A DNA stretch of 64,000 nt from an uncultured Gemmatimonadales bacterium (GTDB lineage Bacteria; Gemmatimonadota; Gemmatimonadetes; Longimicrobiales; RSA9). A program made the position numbers and the translations under genes. The stretch is taken from positions 832,001 to 896,000 of the forward strand of contig CAWCRS010000003.1 in assembly GCA_963798085.1 (NCBI GenBank). The letters run 5' to 3'. The notes below the pieces were generated by a model. That model did no database searches and was not told where the DNA came from. It saw only the letters and a program-made list of their open reading frames with translations. Positions 1 to 9,235 of the stretch are shown in pieces (position 1 is the stretch's first letter; the number at the start of each line of letters is the position of its first letter).

Positions 1-664
1 CCTGGTGCAGCGTGGCGCCCAGCCCGCCCACGTCGTCGTATGTGACGTCGACGCGGCGCTGCTCTTCCAGCTCGACGTACTCCGCGTGCAGCTCGATCTC
101 GGTGTCTTCCGCGATCTTCACAATGCCGCGTGGCGAGGTGGACACGACTGTGAGCCGGATCTCCTGCAGGCCGAACGCGGGCTGCTCGAAGAACATGCGG
201 AAGATGTCGTCGGGGATGCTGCCGCTTTCCTCGGGCGAGCCGCGGCGGTAGATCGACGTCGAGATCACGTCGCCGGAAACGAGCGGCCGCTGCAGCAGAG
301 TCTTGCGCAGCGTGTCGCCCGACCCGACCAGGCGCAGGTTGCGCTGCGCCGGGGCCAGCTGTACTCGCCGTGCCGGACGCGGGATGGCGCGGCGCGCCTC
401 GAGATGGTCGCCAATGCTGACACCCGCGTTCGCACGCTGCAGTCCATCGAGCCGGACCACATCGAGGCCTTCGTCTTCCGCGTACGACGCCAGCGCCATG
501 GCGGCGGTGAGCCGCTTGCCGCGGATCTCGACGACATCGCCTTCGTGCGCACCCACTGCGCCCAGCGCTTTCCGGCTCAGCCTCGCCGTGCCCGTGCCTA
601 CGTCCTGCGGCTTGGCCCCGGCTACCTGCAGGCGAATCGCGTTCTGCCTCGACTCCGGCATCAT
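1..664 (-). CDS. CDC48/VCP-family AAA ATPase, N-terminal part (runs off the left edge)
   Basis: My translation of the minus strand (absent from the ORF track): MMPESRQNAIRLQVAGAKPQDVGTGTARL...VVRLDGLQRANAGVSIGD...VTYDDVGGLG. This matches the CDC48 N-domain followed by the start of the D1 ATPase. GAGG lies upstream. Confidence 0.9.
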   Translation of the reverse strand, partial: MMPESRQNAIRLQVAGAKPQDVGTGTARLSRKALGAVGAHEGDVVEIRGKRLTAAMALASYAEDEGLDVVRLDGLQRANAGVSIGDHLEARRAIPRPARRVQLAPAQRNLRLVGSGDTLRKTLLQRPLVSGDVISTSIYRRGSPEESGSIPDDIFRMFFEQPAFGLQEIRLTVVSTSPRGIVKIAEDTEIELHAEYVELEEQRRVDVTYDDVGGLGATLHQ

Positions 665-1008
665 GTGCACAGCCTCGTTCCTCTGCCCTGCCGTCAGACC
701 GGCGACCGTTACTCAACCCCTACGGCGGCCGTGGTGCCTGGTGTCGGAATCGTACGTCGACAGGCGAGGTGAGGCTATGCCGGCGAGCCTGCGACGCAGC
801 GTCGGATGAGGAAGTCGAATGCGCAGGGCGAGTGTGATGGGCGGGCAGTTTGGCGGGGCTGGGCCGCGCTGCCCGAATGCGCGGCGTCCGAGCATTGCGC
901 TGGCTATCTCATGCGGTGCTCCGATGCCGACGTTGACACCCGCGCACCCGTACGCCGACGTGGCCGTCGCCCAGGCCGCCGCACACGCGGCGCGTGGCGT
1001 TGGTAACG

Positions 1009-2106
1009 CTACGGCCGGCGCGCGTCGTTCAAGCGCGTGGCGAGGTCGTACCGCTCGATCCACTGCAGTCCGTCGTCGTCAATACGCATGGCGTACAACC
1101 CGCGCGCACCGATGCCGATGAGCTGCCGGTGCTCGGGCAGACGCAGCTTGCCGACGAGCACACCGCGATCGTCGAACACATCGAGCAGCTGCCGCGTCTC
1201 CGCCAGATGATCGTAGCGCACCACGATCGCGTGATGATCGCTGGTGATCCAGATGCCGTGGTACTTCACGGCGGGGAAGTGGTCGGGAAAGTTGACGCCG
1301 GGCGGCGGTCCCTTGGCGCGCCCCTCCATGTTGACCTGGCCGCCCCCCGTACCGCTCCCCGGCGTGCCCCAGGCCGCCTTGTCCGCATCCGACACGCGCA
1401 CCGCTTCGAACGGCGCATCCGGGCCCTTCTGCAGTGTGCCGTCCGGCTTCACCCAGTCCAGCCGGTATTTCTCGACGTTGCGGGCAATCGCGATCCAGCC
1501 ATCGCCCGAAACACCCCAGTAATCGTAGAACGGAAAAGCGCCCGGGTTCACACCCGGCGCCATCTTCGCGAAGCCAACCGTGTCGATCTTGCCCGCCCTG
1601 CTGAAGCGGATGATCTCCGCGTGGTCCAGTTCGGGGTGTGTGCGACGCTCGAGCCGAACCTGCGTGACCAGGTCCCAGTCAATGTTGCCCTTCAGGTCTG
1701 CCGCGGCCGGGAAACTGAAGCCCGGCTTGTCCGCGATGGGTCGCGTGTCCGCGATGTGACCATCGGGCGCGAAAATGGCCAGCCTGCCGTTGCCAATGTC
1801 GAGCAGCGCCGTGCTGTCGGCGGCCATGGCGAAGAGCTCGAGCGGCGTCCGGTACTCCTCGGGCCCTGCTCCCACGCCACCCAGCTTCGTGCGTGTCTGT
1901 TTCGCGAAGTCTGCCAGGTAGACGGCGACCTCGGTCTGATCCGAGACCAGCAGACGGCCATCGCTCAGCTCGCGCACGCCGCGGATGTGGCTGTATGGCT
2001 CACGCAGTGAATCCACCGGCTGGATCTGCGTTTCCTTCGGCCGCTGGCCGGCGGCGCCCGCCGCATTGAGAATTCCGACGGCAAGGACGACGACGTGACG
2101 TCGCAT
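1009..2106 (-). CDS. Secreted beta-propeller (6-bladed/NHL-like) protein
   Basis: C-terminal part of ORF 1009..2958. Start MRRHVVVLAVG with GGGAG RBS and signal peptide; motifs VRELSDGRLLVSD, GAGPEEY and DVFDDRG. Confidence 0.7.
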   Translation of the reverse strand: MRRHVVVLAVGILNAAGAAGQRPKETQIQPVDSLREPYSHIRGVRELSDGRLLVSDQTEVAVYLADFAKQTRTKLGGVGAGPEEYRTPLELFAMAADSTALLDIGNGRLAIFAPDGHIADTRPIADKPGFSFPAAADLKGNIDWDLVTQVRLERRTHPELDHAEIIRFSRAGKIDTVGFAKMAPGVNPGAFPFYDYWGVSGDGWIAIARNVEKYRLDWVKPDGTLQKGPDAPFEAVRVSDADKAAWGTPGSGTGGGQVNMEGRAKGPPPGVNFPDHFPAVKYHGIWITSDHHAIVVRYDHLAETRQLLDVFDDRGVLVGKLRLPEHRQLIGIGARGLYAMRIDDDGLQWIERYDLATRLNDARRP

Positions 2107-2688
2107 ACAATGATCTCCCGCTGCGATGGCGTTTCGACGGGGTCTGCTGGCGCGCAGGACAGGCGCGGCACATACCACGCACGCCGGTGCGCGACACACG
2201 CAGCCCCGTGCGCGCTGCTGTTGGACCGCGGAACGAGGGTGGCAGTTGCCGCCTTTCGCCACTCGGCTCGTCCTGTCGCGGGCGGCGCCGCAAACCTCCG
2301 CCAGAGCGTCGCGGGGCCCTCCGATTCTGCGCGTGACGTACGTGGTTCCGTCCGTCGAACAGCTTGCCGTCACTCGCCTGTAACTGCCTGCCTGCGGTTG
2401 CCTGCCTGCATGTCCGCTCCCCGGCAAGTTGCCGCTTGCACGCCGCACGGCGGCAGTTACCTGCCTGTTGTTGCTCGCCTGCACGTCCCCCCGGTCACTC
2501 CCCGGCAGGTCGCCGCCGGCACGCCACTCGCCGGCAGTTGCATGGCTGCCGCAGCCGCTTGCGTTTGCCCCGGCTCGACTGCTGACGCCTGTCGTTGCTC
2601 GCTGCTGTTGCGCGTGCCACTGCTCGCTTGCCGTTGCTCGCCTGCTGGTGCGCTCAAGTCGTGGCAGGGTGTTGCTTATCCCTGCCCG

Positions 2689-2820
2689 CCTGACGCAGTT
2701 CGCCTGCTGGTGCGCTTCAGTCGTGGCCGGACTGGGTGGCTGGCTTGTCGCGGCCCGCCTGACGCAGTCCGCCTGCTCGTGCGCTTCGGTAGTGGCCCGC
2801 CTGAGGTGGCTGGCTTGTCG
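2689..2820. repeat. Two degenerate ~69-bp direct repeats
   Basis: CCTGACGCAGT(T/C)CGCCTGCT(G/C)GTGCGCTTC(A/G)GT..TGGCC...GGTGGCTGGCTTGTCG at ~2689 and ~2758. Confidence 0.75.
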
Positions 2821-2976
2821 TTGCGCGCCTGACGCGGCTCGACCGGCGTTGCCCGTCCTGCCGAAACCTGGCGTTCCGCGCGTACATTCCGAGCGCGCCG
2901 TTGCTCGCGCAGCGTCGCGGCCGGCCTGTCGTAACCGCGCGTGCCTTTGCGGGCCCACTGTTGCGTACGTTGCGGG

Positions 2977-3340
2977 CCTGCCCTTGCGCGTCGTGGTGGG
3001 CGTGCCGTTGCCTGTCGTGGTGGGCGTGTCGTTGCCTGTCGTGGTGGGCCTGTCGTTGCCTGTCGTGGTGGCCTGTCGTTGCCTGTCGTGGTGGCCTGTC
3101 GTTGCCTGTCGTGGTGGCCTGTCGTTGCCTGTCGTGGTGGCCTGTCGTTGCCTGTCGTGGTGGCCTGTCGTTGCCTGTCGTGGTGGCCTGTCGTTGCCTG
3201 TCGCGGTGGCCTGCCCTTGCGCGTCGTGGCGGGCCTGCCCTTGCGCGTCGGGGCGGGCCTGCCCTTGCGCGTCGTGGCGGGCCTGCCCCCGCGCGTCGTG
3301 GTGGGCCTGTCGTTGCGCGTCGTGGTGGGCCTGTCGTGGG
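2977..3340. repeat. 23/24-bp tandem repeat (minisatellite), roughly 15 units of two subtypes
   Basis: Units CCTGTCGTTGCCTGTCGTGGTGG(G) and CCTGCCCTTGCGCGTCGTGGCGGG read directly; no spacers between them. Confidence 0.95.
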
Positions 3341-3442
3341 GTGTACCTGACGTTGCTGTGCCTGCCGTTGCTCGCCTGCTGCGGCTTCGCCTACATTCCC
3401 GCACGTCCACAGCGACAACAGGTTCCCAACGGAGAATTGGCG

Positions 3443-4378
3443 ATGGCGGTGATGCGCAGCGCACTGCTCTGGGCCTCGCGCAACCGGTGGCTCGCGCAGC
3501 GCTTTCCGCGTTATCGCTTCGCGCAGGTGGCTGTGCGCCGCTTCATGCCCGGCACCACGGTGGATGCGGCGCTGGACGCGGCGCAGAAGTTTGTGCCCGA
3601 GAAGATCGGCACGATCTTTACGCGATTGGGCGAAAACATACGTGAGATGGACGCGGCGGGGCGCGTTGTCGAACACTACATCAATGTCCTGGGCCGAATT
3701 GCCGAGCGCCGCGTGCCCGCGCAGATCTCCGTCAAACTCACGCAGCTGGGACTCGATATCAGCGAGGATGGCGCCACCGCCAATCTCTCGACTCTGGCCG
3801 CGCGTGCCGCGGAGTCCGGCAATGTCGTGTGGGTGGACATGGAGGACAGCAGCTACGTCGACCGCACGCTCGCCGTCTTCCGCGCCGTCCTCGTGCAGCA
3901 CCGGAATCTCGGCCTCTGTGTGCAGGCGTATCTGCACCGCACGCGGAAGGATCTCGAATCACTGCTGCGCGATACGGTGGCCATCCGTCTGGTGAAGGGC
4001 GCCTACAAGGAACCCGCCACGGTCGCGTTCCCGCGCAAAAGCAATGTGGACGAGAACTACTTCAGCCTCGGCCGTATGATGCTGGAAGCGTCGAAGAGTG
4101 TAGGCGACACGCCGCGTCCCGTCTTCGGCACGCACGACATTGCTCTGCTGGGCCGACTCACGAACGCCGCCTCGAGCGCGGGCCTGAGTCCCGGCGCGTG
4201 GGAGGTCCACATGCTCTACGGCATCCGCGCCGCGGAGCAGCAGCGCATGGCGCGCGCCGGCCACAAGGTGCGTGTGCTGGTGAGCTACGGCGAGGAGTGG
4301 TTTCCGTGGTATGTGCGGCGGCTGGCGGAGCGGCCGGCGAATGTGTGGTTCGTGGTTAAGAGCAGCTTCGCGCGTTAA
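3443..4378 (+). CDS. Proline dehydrogenase (monofunctional)
   Basis: GGAG RBS then MAVMRS; motifs SVKLTQLG, VDMEDS, QAYL, RLVKGAYKE, MLYGIR and YVRRLAERPAN. Confidence 0.93.
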   Translation: MAVMRSALLWASRNRWLAQRFPRYRFAQVAVRRFMPGTTVDAALDAAQKFVPEKIGTIFTRLGENIREMDAAGRVVEHYINVLGRIAERRVPAQISVKLTQLGLDISEDGATANLSTLAARAAESGNVVWVDMEDSSYVDRTLAVFRAVLVQHRNLGLCVQAYLHRTRKDLESLLRDTVAIRLVKGAYKEPATVAFPRKSNVDENYFSLGRMMLEASKSVGDTPRPVFGTHDIALLGRLTNAASSAGLSPGAWEVHMLYGIRAAEQQRMARAGHKVRVLVSYGEEWFPWYVRRLAERPANVWFVVKSSFAR

Positions 4379-4395
4379 GGCGAGGTTAGGGCGGA

Positions 4396-4656
4396 CGGAC
4401 CGTCTTGGCGTTCTTGGCTTTGGCCCCATTTCCCATACACGGCGGACCGATTGCCCCAGCGCCGCATGCGCGCTGCCCGGACCGCCATGGTTCCTGGCAA
4501 ATCGGGGGTTAGACTGTGACTTGCGCGGCTGTCCAGGGACAGGTGTGCGCCCGGCGGGCGCATCCTTTCCGGTCATTTGGCCAGGCCGCGCCCACGCGCA
4601 CCTGGCAGCTTCCGATTTCTGGATGGCGCACAACCCAAGAACGCCAAGACGGTCCG
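4396..4656. repeat. Inverted-repeat-ended intergenic element (long variant, 261 bp)
   Basis: Perfect 22-bp terminal IR CGGACCGTCTTGGCGTTCTTGG / CCAAGAACGCCAAGACGGTCCG between convergent genes. Confidence 0.85.
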
Positions 4657-4659
4657 ACG

Positions 4660-5376
4660 CTACCGCCCCCGCAGCACCGGCCCCAGCACCGACCAGACTG
4701 TAGCCGCCACCAGTCGGTGACCCTCCTCCGACGGATGGATGCCGTCGCCCTGGTTCAGCTCGGCGTGACCTCCCACACCCTCCAGCAGAAACGGGATCAG
4801 CGCGGCATGGCGTTCGCTCGCGAGATCGCGGAACGCGCGCGCGAATGCGCGTGTGTAGCGCGCGCCCAGATTCGGCGGCGCCTCCATGCCGGCGATCACG
4901 ATGGCGGCCCCGGGATACTTCGCGCGGGTTCGCGCGATGATGGAATCGAGGTTGGCCCGCATTTCGGGCACGCTCAGCCCGCGCAGCCCGTCGTTCGCGC
5001 CCAGCTCGAGCACCAGCACATCGATCGGTTCCTGCAGCGACCAGTCGAGGCGGCGCAGTCCGCCTGCCGACGTTTCCCCCGAAAGTCCCGCATTCACCAC
5101 GCGGAACGGCAGCCCCGCGGAGTCGATCTTCTGCTGGATGAGCGCGGGAAACGCGTGCTCGGCGCCCACACCGAATCCCGCGGTCAGGCTCGTGCCCAGG
5201 AACAGCACGACGCGCCGCGTGTCTTTCGAGGGTGCGTGATCCGCGGCGTCTCGTACTGAAGGCGACGCTGTGTCGGTCTGCGGTGCCGTCGTGACCGCCG
5301 CGCTGTCGACCCCGCCACCCGCGTTGCGGGTATGAGCGCCGTCGCAAGCCACGAGCAGCAGACACAGAAAGAGCAT
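4660..5376 (-). CDS. Arylesterase / TesA-like SGNH hydrolase, probable lipoprotein
   Basis: Motifs FLGTSLTAG, NAGLSGETSAGG, LELGANDGLRG and DGIHP; LLVAC lipobox. Start could alternatively be 5391. Confidence 0.9.
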   Translation of the reverse strand: MLFLCLLLVACDGAHTRNAGGGVDSAAVTTAPQTDTASPSVRDAADHAPSKDTRRVVLFLGTSLTAGFGVGAEHAFPALIQQKIDSAGLPFRVVNAGLSGETSAGGLRRLDWSLQEPIDVLVLELGANDGLRGLSVPEMRANLDSIIARTRAKYPGAAIVIAGMEAPPNLGARYTRAFARAFRDLASERHAALIPFLLEGVGGHAELNQGDGIHPSEEGHRLVAATVWSVLGPVLRGR

Positions 5377-5389
5377 CGTCGCCCGCGCC

Positions 5390-6127
5390 ATGGCCATTGT
5401 CGTTCGAGGACTCGAGAAGACGTACTGGAGCGCCGGCCGGCCGCTCCGCGTTTTGCAGCGCATTGATCTGGACATTGCCTCGGGCGAATTCGTCGCCATC
5501 ATCGGTCCATCGGGCAGCGGCAAGACGACGCTGCTCGGTCTGCTGGCCGGACTCGACCTGCCCAGTGCCGGCAGCATCACGATCAATGGCCAGGACCTGG
5601 GCGCTCTTACCGAAGACCAGCGCGCGTTGTTTCGGGCCGCGCACATCGGTTTCGTCTTCCAGACGTTCCAGCTGCTGCCCACACTCACCGCCCTCGAGAA
5701 TGTGCTCGTGCCGCTCGAGCTGGTGGGGAAGAGCGACGGCCGCGCCGCGCGCCGCGCGGAGGAGCTGCTCACGCGCGTCGGCCTGAGCGAGCGCACGGAT
5801 CATTACCCCGTGCAGCTTTCCGGCGGCGAACAGCAGCGCGTGGCACTCGCGCGAGCATTCGCCAACCAGCCGGCCATCCTGTTCGCCGACGAGCCCACCG
5901 GCAATCTCAATGCCGACACGGGCGCACGCGTGATCGATCTGCTGGTCGGCCTCAACGCCAGTGAAAACGCGACGCTGGTGCTGGTCACGCATGATCCAGC
6001 GCTGGCGCGACGCGCCGGTCGCGTGATCACGCTGCGCGGCGGCGCCGTGCTCTCCGATGAGCGCACGGCCGACACCCTCGCCGCGGAGCGAGCTCCGGCG
6101 GAAACCGCGGCGCGACAGCGCACATGA
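5390..6127 (+). CDS. ABC transporter ATP-binding protein (YbbA/LolD-like)
   Basis: GPSGSGKTT, LSGGEQQRVA and ADEPTGNL; divergent from the tesA-like gene. Confidence 0.95.
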   Translation: MAIVVRGLEKTYWSAGRPLRVLQRIDLDIASGEFVAIIGPSGSGKTTLLGLLAGLDLPSAGSITINGQDLGALTEDQRALFRAAHIGFVFQTFQLLPTLTALENVLVPLELVGKSDGRAARRAEELLTRVGLSERTDHYPVQLSGGEQQRVALARAFANQPAILFADEPTGNLNADTGARVIDLLVGLNASENATLVLVTHDPALARRAGRVITLRGGAVLSDERTADTLAAERAPAETAARQRT

Positions 6128-8667
6128 AGACCCCCTTCGCGTTGCGCCTGGCTTTGCGGGAGGGCCGCTCCAGCGCGCGCCGCCTGGGCGTGTACATGAT
6201 CGCCATCATGCTGGGCGTGGCCGCGCTGGTCGCGATCAACTCCTTCCGCGCGGCCATCACCGAATCACTGCGCGCGCAGTCGCGCGCGCTGCTGGGCGGC
6301 GACCTGCAGTTGAGCAGCAGCCGGCCGTTTCCCGATTCCGTCAACGTGGTGATGGATTCGCTCGCGGCCGCGGGCGTGCCCGTCTCGCGCGTCACCGGCA
6401 CGCTTTCCGTCGCCCTCGCCGGCAACGGCAACACCAGGCTGGTGCAGGTGCGCGCGGTAACACCCGGTTATCCGTTCTACGGCAATGTCGAGACGGATCC
6501 GCCCGGCCTCTGGGGCACGCCGGATCGGGGACTGGACGCGCTGGTCGATCCCGGCCTGCTGATCGCGCTGAGCACGAAGGTGGGCGATTCCCTGCACATC
6601 GGCAATGCCGCGTTCCGCATTGCCGGCACGCTCACAAGACCGCCCGTCGAGATCGGCTTCCGTGGCGCCATCGCGCCTCGCGTCTACATCAGCCAGGCCT
6701 GGCTGCAGCAGGCCAACCTGATCCGCTTCGGCAGCATTGTCACGTACGAAGCGTACCTGCGTCTTCCCGATCGCACCGCGCTGACGCATTTCATCGAACA
6801 GCACGAGAAACCGTTTCGCAACGCGCTCGTTCGTTCCACCACAGCGGAGGAGCAGGCGAGGAGTGTCTCGCGCGGGCTCGATCGCGCGGCGAGATTTCTC
6901 GGGCTCGTCGGTCTGACTGCCCTGCTGCTGGGCGGGCTGGGCGTGGGCAGTGCCGTGCACACATTCGTGCGTGAGAAGCGCGAGCAGATCGCCGTGCTGC
7001 GCTGCATCGGCGCCACCCGCCGCACTGCTTTCCTGGCCTACCTTTTCCAGGCCGCGGCCCTCGGCCTGGGCGGCTCGCTGCTGGGTGCGGCGCTGGGCGT
7101 CGGTGTGCAGGCACTGCTGCCTCGCCTGCTGGGCAGCGCCATCCCCGTCACGGTGGCGTTCCACCTCTATCCCCGCGAGATCCTCATCGGTCTGCTAATG
7201 GGCGGTTGGGTGGCCTTCGTGTTCGCGTGGCTGCCACTGCTCGCCGTACGCACGGTCACGCCGTTGCAGGCATTGCGGCACGACGTGCAGCCCGAGTCGC
7301 GACGTCTGGATCCCTGGCGTGTGCTGGCGTGGACGGCACTGGCCGCGAGTCTCGTCGTGCTGGGTGTGCTCCAGGCGCCTCGCCGGATCGAGGGTGTAGC
7401 CTTTGCCGGTGGTCTCGTGCTCGCGACACTGGCGCTGCGCGTCGTCGCCTGGATCCTGATGCGCGCCTCGCGCCGGCTGCTGCCTCGCCGTGCCAGCTTT
7501 GCCGTGCGCCAGGGTGTCAGCAGTCTTTTCCGCCCCGCGAACCAGACGGCCGCGGTCACCGTCGCGCTCGGCTTCGGCGTGTTCCTGATTGCAACCATCT
7601 GGATCGTGCAGCTGAATCTGCTGGACCGCATCCAGCTGGACCGGCAGAATGGTGCGCCCGACCTCGTCGCGTTCGATATCCAGTCGGATCAACGCGACGA
7701 CGTCGCCTCCACCTTCGCGTCGCTTGGCGTGCATTCCGTCAAGCTCGTGCCCATCGTGCCCGCGCGCATCGCTGCCATCGACGGGCAGACGGTGCAGCAG
7801 CTGCTGGCGCGGAAGGATCGCCGTGCCGAGCCGTGGGCGCTGCGCCGCGACTATCGCAACACGTGGCGGGCTGCGCTCTCGCCATCCGAGACGATCGTCG
7901 AAGGCGAGTGGTGGGACAGCACGAGTGCGGGCCGCGATACGTTTGCCATTCCGCGCGTGTCCGTCGAAGAGGACGTCGCGCGCACGCTCGGCGTGCGCAC
8001 CGGCAGTCGCATCACCTGGGACCTGCAGGGCGTGCAGCTGGAAACGCGTGTGGCCAGCCTGCGTCGCGTCGACTGGGCGCGTTTTGACACGAACTTCTTC
8101 GTGGTATTCGAGCCCGGTGTCATCGAACGCGCTCCGCAGATGTGGGTCGCACTCGCCGATATACCAGACCTGGCTACACGCGCTGCCGTACAGCGCGAGC
8201 TGGTCCGCAAACACGCCAATGTCACCACGCTTGATCTCGCGCTGGTGCAGCAGACCGTGACCGGCGTGATCAATCGCGTCACCCTCGCCATCCGTTTCAT
8301 GGCATTGTTCGCCGTGATCGGCGGCATCATCGTGCTGGCCGGCGCCATCGCCGCCGGTGGCGCACAACGCGCGCGCGAAACCGTGCTGCTGCGTACACTG
8401 GGCGCCACCCGACCCGTCGTGCGGCGGGTGCTCTTCGCTGAATACGCCGCCCTCGGTTCCCTTGCCGGCCTCGCGGGAACGCTGCTCGCTGCGGCCGCCG
8501 GCTGGGCACTCATGCACTGGTTCTTCGACCTGCCGTTCCGCCTTCCCGTGCTCCCGCTCGTCGTCGGCTGGCTCGGCCTCGCCGCCCTCGCCACCGCCGT
8601 CGGCAGCGCGGGCCAGCGCAACCTCCTCCGTGGCCCACCGCTCGCCGCGTTGAGGCAGGCAGAGTAG
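6124..8667 (+). CDS. ABC transporter permease, YbbP/FtsX-like
   Basis: 847 aa with two FtsX-type halves, LLGGDL and FDIQ motifs; ATGA overlap with the ATPase gene. Confidence 0.92.
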   Translation: MKTPFALRLALREGRSSARRLGVYMIAIMLGVAALVAINSFRAAITESLRAQSRALLGGDLQLSSSRPFPDSVNVVMDSLAAAGVPVSRVTGTLSVALAGNGNTRLVQVRAVTPGYPFYGNVETDPPGLWGTPDRGLDALVDPGLLIALSTKVGDSLHIGNAAFRIAGTLTRPPVEIGFRGAIAPRVYISQAWLQQANLIRFGSIVTYEAYLRLPDRTALTHFIEQHEKPFRNALVRSTTAEEQARSVSRGLDRAARFLGLVGLTALLLGGLGVGSAVHTFVREKREQIAVLRCIGATRRTAFLAYLFQAAALGLGGSLLGAALGVGVQALLPRLLGSAIPVTVAFHLYPREILIGLLMGGWVAFVFAWLPLLAVRTVTPLQALRHDVQPESRRLDPWRVLAWTALAASLVVLGVLQAPRRIEGVAFAGGLVLATLALRVVAWILMRASRRLLPRRASFAVRQGVSSLFRPANQTAAVTVALGFGVFLIATIWIVQLNLLDRIQLDRQNGAPDLVAFDIQSDQRDDVASTFASLGVHSVKLVPIVPARIAAIDGQTVQQLLARKDRRAEPWALRRDYRNTWRAALSPSETIVEGEWWDSTSAGRDTFAIPRVSVEEDVARTLGVRTGSRITWDLQGVQLETRVASLRRVDWARFDTNFFVVFEPGVIERAPQMWVALADIPDLATRAAVQRELVRKHANVTTLDLALVQQTVTGVINRVTLAIRFMALFAVIGGIIVLAGAIAAGGAQRARETVLLRTLGATRPVVRRVLFAEYAALGSLAGLAGTLLAAAAGWALMHWFFDLPFRLPVLPLVVGWLGLAALATAVGSAGQRNLLRGPPLAALRQAE

Positions 8668-8845
8668 CAACTGCGTGGCGACAGACGCCGGGTGGTGACT
8701 GCTCCGGGCGTAGACTCGAGCATTGTCGCCGGGTGGGCTTAACGGATCATTATCACACAGAGGTTGCAGGGGTGGGGCTGATCCGGTGGACGGACTGGGA
8801 TCTGTCGGGCGTCCCGGCCTTGCGCAACGTGCGCTGTACGGTGGC

Positions 8846-9228
8846 CGTCCTGGCGTTCTCCTGACATATCGGATCGGACCGTCCTGGCGTTCTTTCCTTC
8901 CGGCCGCTCCTGCTATCAACGCGACCCGGACCGAAATGCAAACCGGTCACTCGATAGCCCGCAAAGTCGCCACCATATGCCAACGGCGCACAACCCAAGA
9001 ATGCCAGGACGGTCCGCTGCCCTGGCGTCCTGGCGTTCTCCTGACATATCGGATCGGACCGTCCTGGCGTTCTTTCCTTCCGGCCGCTCCTGCTATCAAC
9101 GCGACCCGGACCGAAATGCAAACCGGTCACTCGATAGCCCGCAAAGTCGCCACCATATGCCAACGGCGCACAACCCAAGAATGCCAGGACGGTCCGCTGC
9201 CCCCTCCCACGAATGCCAGGACGGTCCG
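8846..9228. repeat. 180-bp-period direct duplication, each unit containing a 142-bp IR-ended element
   Basis: 8846-9022 is essentially identical to 9026-9202. Elements at 8875-9016 and 9055-9196; extra right half-site at 9211-9228. Confidence 0.93.
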
Positions 9229-9235
9229 GCAGCCC

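Noticed and set aside
5..772. 255-aa plus-strand ORF
   Set aside because: Shadow of the minus-strand CDC48-like gene.
2977..3340. Possible CRISPR array
   Set aside because: Units are contiguous with no unique spacers, and no cas genes are present.
2107..3442. Long N-terminal extensions of ORFs 1009..2958 and 2429..4378 (Cys/Arg-rich)
   Set aside because: Stop-free only because of repetitive, skewed sequence; good RBS/start pairs exist at 2106 and 3443.
5376..5391. Almost no space between divergent tesA-like and ABC ATPase genes
   Set aside because: Same arrangement as the known tesA/ybbA locus; not unusual.
8875..9196. IR elements as integron attC sites or CRISPR repeats
   Set aside because: No RYYYAAC/GTTRRRY cores, no integrase or cassette array, and interiors are homologous rather than unique spacers.
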